Notes under the pieces: model-generated
Seen by the model: the letters and a program-made list of their open reading frames with translations, nothing else
What the model was told of the DNA's origin: nothing
Databases searched by the model: none
Program-made: the position numbers and the translations under genes
NCBI GenBank assembly: GCA_964016885.1
Contig: OZ024753.1
Coordinates: forward strand, 3,348,001 to 3,412,000
Direction of reading: 5' to 3'
Origin: Eledone cirrhosa
Taxonomy: Eukaryota
DNA length: 64,000 bases
Shown here: positions 58,279 through 64,000 of the stretch, in pieces
Layout: the number at the start of each line of letters is the position of its first letter
How positions within the stretch are numbered: the stretch's first letter is position 1

Positions 58279-59579
58279 CCGATTATATGACATTCATAAG
58301 TGTTTCAAAGATTATTATATATGTTGATGCTTACTGAATAGGTATCAACTTGAACCACAGATTCAACGTGTCAGAAGTATGTTTAACTTTCTTTATGCTA
58401 ACGACCATTAAGTATGATGTGTTAGTGTATTTGGGCAGTAAATAATGCTTAATGGATCAATTTCTTACTGAGATACCAGACCATAATTTACAGGGAATGG
58501 GATATAAGATTGTATGACCTTCAATTTATTCTGAAGGGCGTTAATGGTATAAACAGGCTGAAATGATTTGTTTCGGTAAGAGCTTGCATTTTATTTTATG
58601 GCACTTGCCATACGCAGCTGACAATAATAACTATGAACGGTGGCTTCTAGACGCAATGTTTATAGATCATCAGAGATTTAAACCTCTCTTTCGCCAGATA
58701 ACTATAGTTGCCTAATCTTGTTTTGTTTCGCTTTCGGACTTCTCCTATATTCCAAGATCTCGTTACTTAGAGTATAAATCTTTCGAATAATTTCTAGTCT
58801 CACACCACAACCAGCTGAGCTACTGCATTTAAACTGAAATTATCATGAATGAAATATATGACGTGTACTGGTATAATGCTAAAGCTGAAACGCAATTAAA
58901 ACCCTACAATGTCACATCAACCACCAAATGTGCTAGGAACGATACAAATCTATTTTCATTATTGTGCAGACAGCAATTGAATGTCGAAATAGCTGCAGTA
59001 CAGCATTAAATTTCCATCGTTTACAACTGATAATTACAATAAAATCGATGTATTTTAACAGTATAATCAGTCACTATAACTAATATATTGAAAAATAGCT
59101 CTTCAAACTTCCATTAGGATACTATCATTTAAAACTATGACCAGATACTTATAAAAATAGAACAATTAGCTAAAAAAAAGTTGCGATTACGCTATCATAT
59201 ATTTCCGGTGTTAGGATACAGAATTCTCGGTATTGTTACAATTTTAGAATATCTTCTGCCACTGTTAATGTACAAACCAGAAATCTGAAAATCATTTATT
59301 CAGTTCTGCGTTGTTAATTCGGTACCACAGTCTTTGTTTTACATGTGGAACTATGGTTAATTAGCTCACAAAACACCTCATGAAAACAAGGTTTATTACA
59401 TAGGCACAAAGACTTGGAATTAAATGGAAGGCGAAGTTAAAACTTTTCGTGTTCATAGGTTCTAAAGAGCATTATCAAACGTCCCTGAGGACCATCAAAA
59501 AGGTCAAATGGGACCACCATGTTTCCACAGTGTGCTGCGTACGCGCATACATCACGCATCAGTTTACAGCTTCCCACAG

Positions 59580-59795
59580 TAGAAGCCTATCAGATAGACT
59601 GTACCTATAATTCAAAAGACCAGCCTTATCACACAATATTTCATGCTGATTCCCCCTCAGCATGAAACATTCTTCCTCGGAATTACGTTATTGGTACACG
59701 TGTTTGTGGAATGCTCAACCATTTACACGTTAACTTCATGAGCTGGTTGTTCTGTTGAATGACCAAATACTCATCGTCAAAACTGACAGAGATCC
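59580..59795 (+). mobile_element. 3' part of SINE family B
   Basis: ATAGACTGTACCTATAATTCAAAAGACCAGCCTTATCAC..TGTGGAATGCTCAACCA..CACGTTAA similar to 14430-14570. Confidence 0.6.
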
Positions 59796-60923
59796 GTTTG
59801 ATTTCATTTCCAATATCTCAACGAAACTTTGGAAATCATATTAGCTGATTGAAAGTATACGTAAAGCTAGAACTAAATTAGTGGTTTTCTAACTTGCTGG
59901 CGATTTAGCTCCACTTACTTATTTTGATTTCCAGTTCTAGCAATTTCCCTACTAGGACTAATATTATTGGAAGATAGAAGTGTCAAGACATAATTCGGTC
60001 CTTTGAAGTCGAAACAACTATGCACTCGTTGATAAATACTTCTGATTGCATACAAATACTCAAATAAAACACAATAGTACAATTGTGTTTGACTATGTAT
60101 ATATATATATATGTGTGTGTGTGTGTTTATAAATATGTATATTTATATACATATATAAATATATATATATGTATGTATATTTATATACATACATATGTGT
60201 GTGCGTGTGTGTGTTTGCATTTATGTAAGTATATATCTCTCTCTCTATATATATGTGTTTGTGTGTGTATGTGTCTGTGTGCATAACCAGCAGTGAAAAA
60301 TGAGTAGAGCTTTTTACAAACAAAGTACTATATAAGAACATAGTCACACACACATTCACAAACACACACACACGTAAAGAGAGATCAGTTGAACATATAT
60401 TTATTCCATTATGTGGGTTTTACTAGTGATCAGGCTGAAAATCAACCTCAGGCAGCATTGTGGTACAGGTCACAGCCGGTACTGTCGTATAACGTTACAT
60501 AATCGAAGTCGGTTTTGAGCATGGTCACTGATGAAACGTACGTAACAGAAGAAACATACGTTAAACTCTAGGATCCTACTTGATACCAAAATGGAATCCT
60601 CTCCTGTTACCACGCTGTAAAATATATATATATATATATATTACAGTGTAGTAAAATGATATATATATATATATATATATGTCCTCGAGTTTGGGAAGTC
60701 TGACTCCATGGTCTTCCCGGGACGAAGTAAGCTTTCTAGTGAAGAAGAAGGCTTTCTAGTGAGCCTCGTAATCAAGTTCAGCGTGTTGGTAAAAGAGGGA
60801 GACACACTGGTGGAAAGCTCACCAGCGCTTCTTCATATTTTCTCCCATACTACCAATCGTTTCTCCTATAGAAAATCGACCAGCAGAAACAAAGTAGGTT
60901 TGAAATATTTGACTATAGCATAT

Positions 60924-61143
60924 GTGAATTGGCAGTATAGCATGAACATATTGACAGTAAGCATCAACATGTTGGCAGTATTGGACACCATGCTTTGACG
61001 CATAGAGTTACGGCCCTTGCCATTCTAAGTTCAAATCCCGCCGAGGTTAACTTTGCTTTTCATCCTTACGGGGTCGATAAAATAAAGTACCAGTAATGCA
61101 CTGGTTAATTGCTGGCCTTGTGCCAATAGTAGAAACAATTATT
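60924..61143 (+). mobile_element. SINE family A with reiterated head (TTGGCAGTA three times, one variant)
   Basis: family core and GAAACAATTATT tail. Confidence 0.88.
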
Positions 61144-61194
61144 AGATAGTTATGCAGTTTTTATGATTACGCATCTAAAATCTTTCGTAAAAAG

Positions 61195-61228
<34 letters not shown>

Positions 61229-61789
61229 AGGTGTGCGCGGGCACATATATATATTTCTGTGTGTGTATTAGTTTTCCCCTTCTCTCCAACTGATGTCCAT
61301 TGATTATCCCTGGCATACATATAAATGTCAAAAGAAGCCACACGTCACAATATATAATAGATATGTCTTCAAATAAGGATCGAAATTTAATGCGTGACAT
61401 AGATTTGTGCTTCGGATCAGAGAGTAGCTCAATCAGATGTCCCTATAGTATATATTTTCCGATGCACTCATGCGTATACATGCTTATATAGATGTCGCGG
61501 AGTTAGATGGATAAACAGACCATCAAACAATCTGAGATAGACAAATATAGACAGAAAGCTAGATAATCTATCTAGAATAAAAAGCTAAGATAGCTAAATA
61601 ACTACGCGTATACGCATGTGCACACTTCACATAGAGAGCCGTAGAATGAGTAAGAGAGGTACACATAGATATCTTTATACACTTACATAGCATCATACAG
61701 ACTTGCAAACACGCGCTCATATAAAACATATACATTGGTCTTTTGAACTTTCTACTTGTATATGTGTTTGTGTGTGTGTATATATAAAT

Positions 61790-62400
<611 letters not shown>

Positions 62401-64000
62401 CGTGTGTGTGTTTGTGGTTTGTGTGTGTATGTTTGTGTGTGCTTGTGTTTGTGTGTGTGTGTGTATAAATATACACACATTATATATATATGTAATTTTA
62501 GGTATGCTTAGCTGCAGATAACTATTTTTATAATCGCATCTTCTTCTCTTTTTAATGATTGGCCTTTTTATTACCGACTCTACGAGATCTCTACGTGACT
62601 ACTTTGTTAGTTTAAAAAAATATATTTATAAACCGTTGACCAATTAAGTATATTAATTTCCCCACCCTTTCTAAAATCATTCGGTACGAATACATTCACC
62701 CTCAGCTCGCCAAACATTACTACACATCCACCGTCTTTAACACTTACAACTATATTATACATATATAGCCAGTCTCTTACTATGAAACGACGTTGATACT
62801 CAAGCAATGGTGTATACGCTGACACCGCGCTTGGCCTTAACACGACAACGTGAGAGAACCCCTACGACATTTTTCATCATGCTAGAAATAGTCGCCAAAT
62901 CTTAAGTAAATAAAAAATCAATTAAATAATATAGTGTTATATACAACTAAAACATGTTCATGGCTGGAAATCCTCAAATATGACCTGGTGTTAAAGCGAA
63001 GCAACTTCAAATATAAAGGGCCATATTACGATATTTAGATGCCCTAAGTACTGAAACGATTATAGTACCGTGATATATACTGTATGGGGAGAAAAGAGTG
63101 TCCATATACTCTATTGAAAAAAAAAACTGTGTGACCTCTGTTTATTTGAGTCTTTACGTACATGCTGAATTTGCTTAATGGTTAATCCAAGGCTGGAACT
63201 ATATCGCAAATATTTCCATGAAACAGTACTGAAATAAAATTCGTGACATATCTAATAGTCGAATTATAAACTTCAACATCTTTATCAATACATGTAGTAC
63301 TATTATACCATCGTATTGCTACATCGAATAAAGTAACATTCAGCAGAGTTACTTATGAGCCAGGAACTCAGTTACCACCAAGTTTATTATACCTATTAAC
63401 ACAACACAAATTAGCAATTACAAACACTATTAAATACCACCATTACAAAATAGTCCTCAGCACACAAGTGATGCATTTCGGGAGTGGTCGATCTGAGAGG
63501 AACAGCAGGATTTTCAAATCATTTCTAAATGTTATTTTAAAAAGTAAACAGCATATTCTAAACTACATTCACTAATGTAGTTTAGGCTATACTGTTTGAA
63601 AAAAGAGATATGATAGTCATAACTGGAAGGTCTTCGATCATAAGTTTACATAATCTTTGTTGACTTGGAGTACTATAATAACATATAGTAAAGCCACAAA
63701 TCAAGCATCTACATCTCCACCATTAAACTTCATATTCCTACAAACATAACTCACACTACTACGTCAAGAACAAACAAACATGTTTATTATAACCTTCGGT
63801 AAACCACATGATGCCAAACACTTTCTGAATAAATGCCACTCCGTCGTTAATGCCAACACCAACACCAACACCAACACAACTGCCAACAACAACATCCTTA
63901 AGATCACCAGCCATAAGAATATCACCTACATTACCATCATGCTATTAATGCTAAGCTATCATTATATCCACCACTAGTAATAGTTTAAACAAATAAGTTA

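Overview
AT-rich eukaryotic (animal) non-coding DNA. The repeat landscape (very long (TA)n/(CA)n/(GA)n arrays plus several tRNA-derived SINE families) resembles octopus/coleoid cephalopod genomes; this is inferred from memory, not from a search. No intact host gene is supported, and nearly all ORFs in the track are microsatellite translations. Recognisable content: about 20 full or partial copies of one ~185-bp SINE, two other SINE families, two hAT-type MITEs with 8-bp TSDs, two decayed RTE-like LINE fragments, a CRE-like retrotransposon C-terminal fragment and ACC-rich minisatellites. The most interesting signal is a set of short, mutually unrelated elements lying in or beside (TA)n tracts. 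They carry minimal type I hammerhead-ribozyme motifs (CUGANGA...GAAA-palindrome-UH), usually followed by AATAAA and often folded back into near-perfect inverted duplications. This fits Penelope-like element (PLE) termini or non-autonomous retrozyme-like elements. One family has a compensatory U3-A8 core. Also notable are fold-back SINE insertions that copied their own target site, and a candidate recursive splice site on the minus strand.
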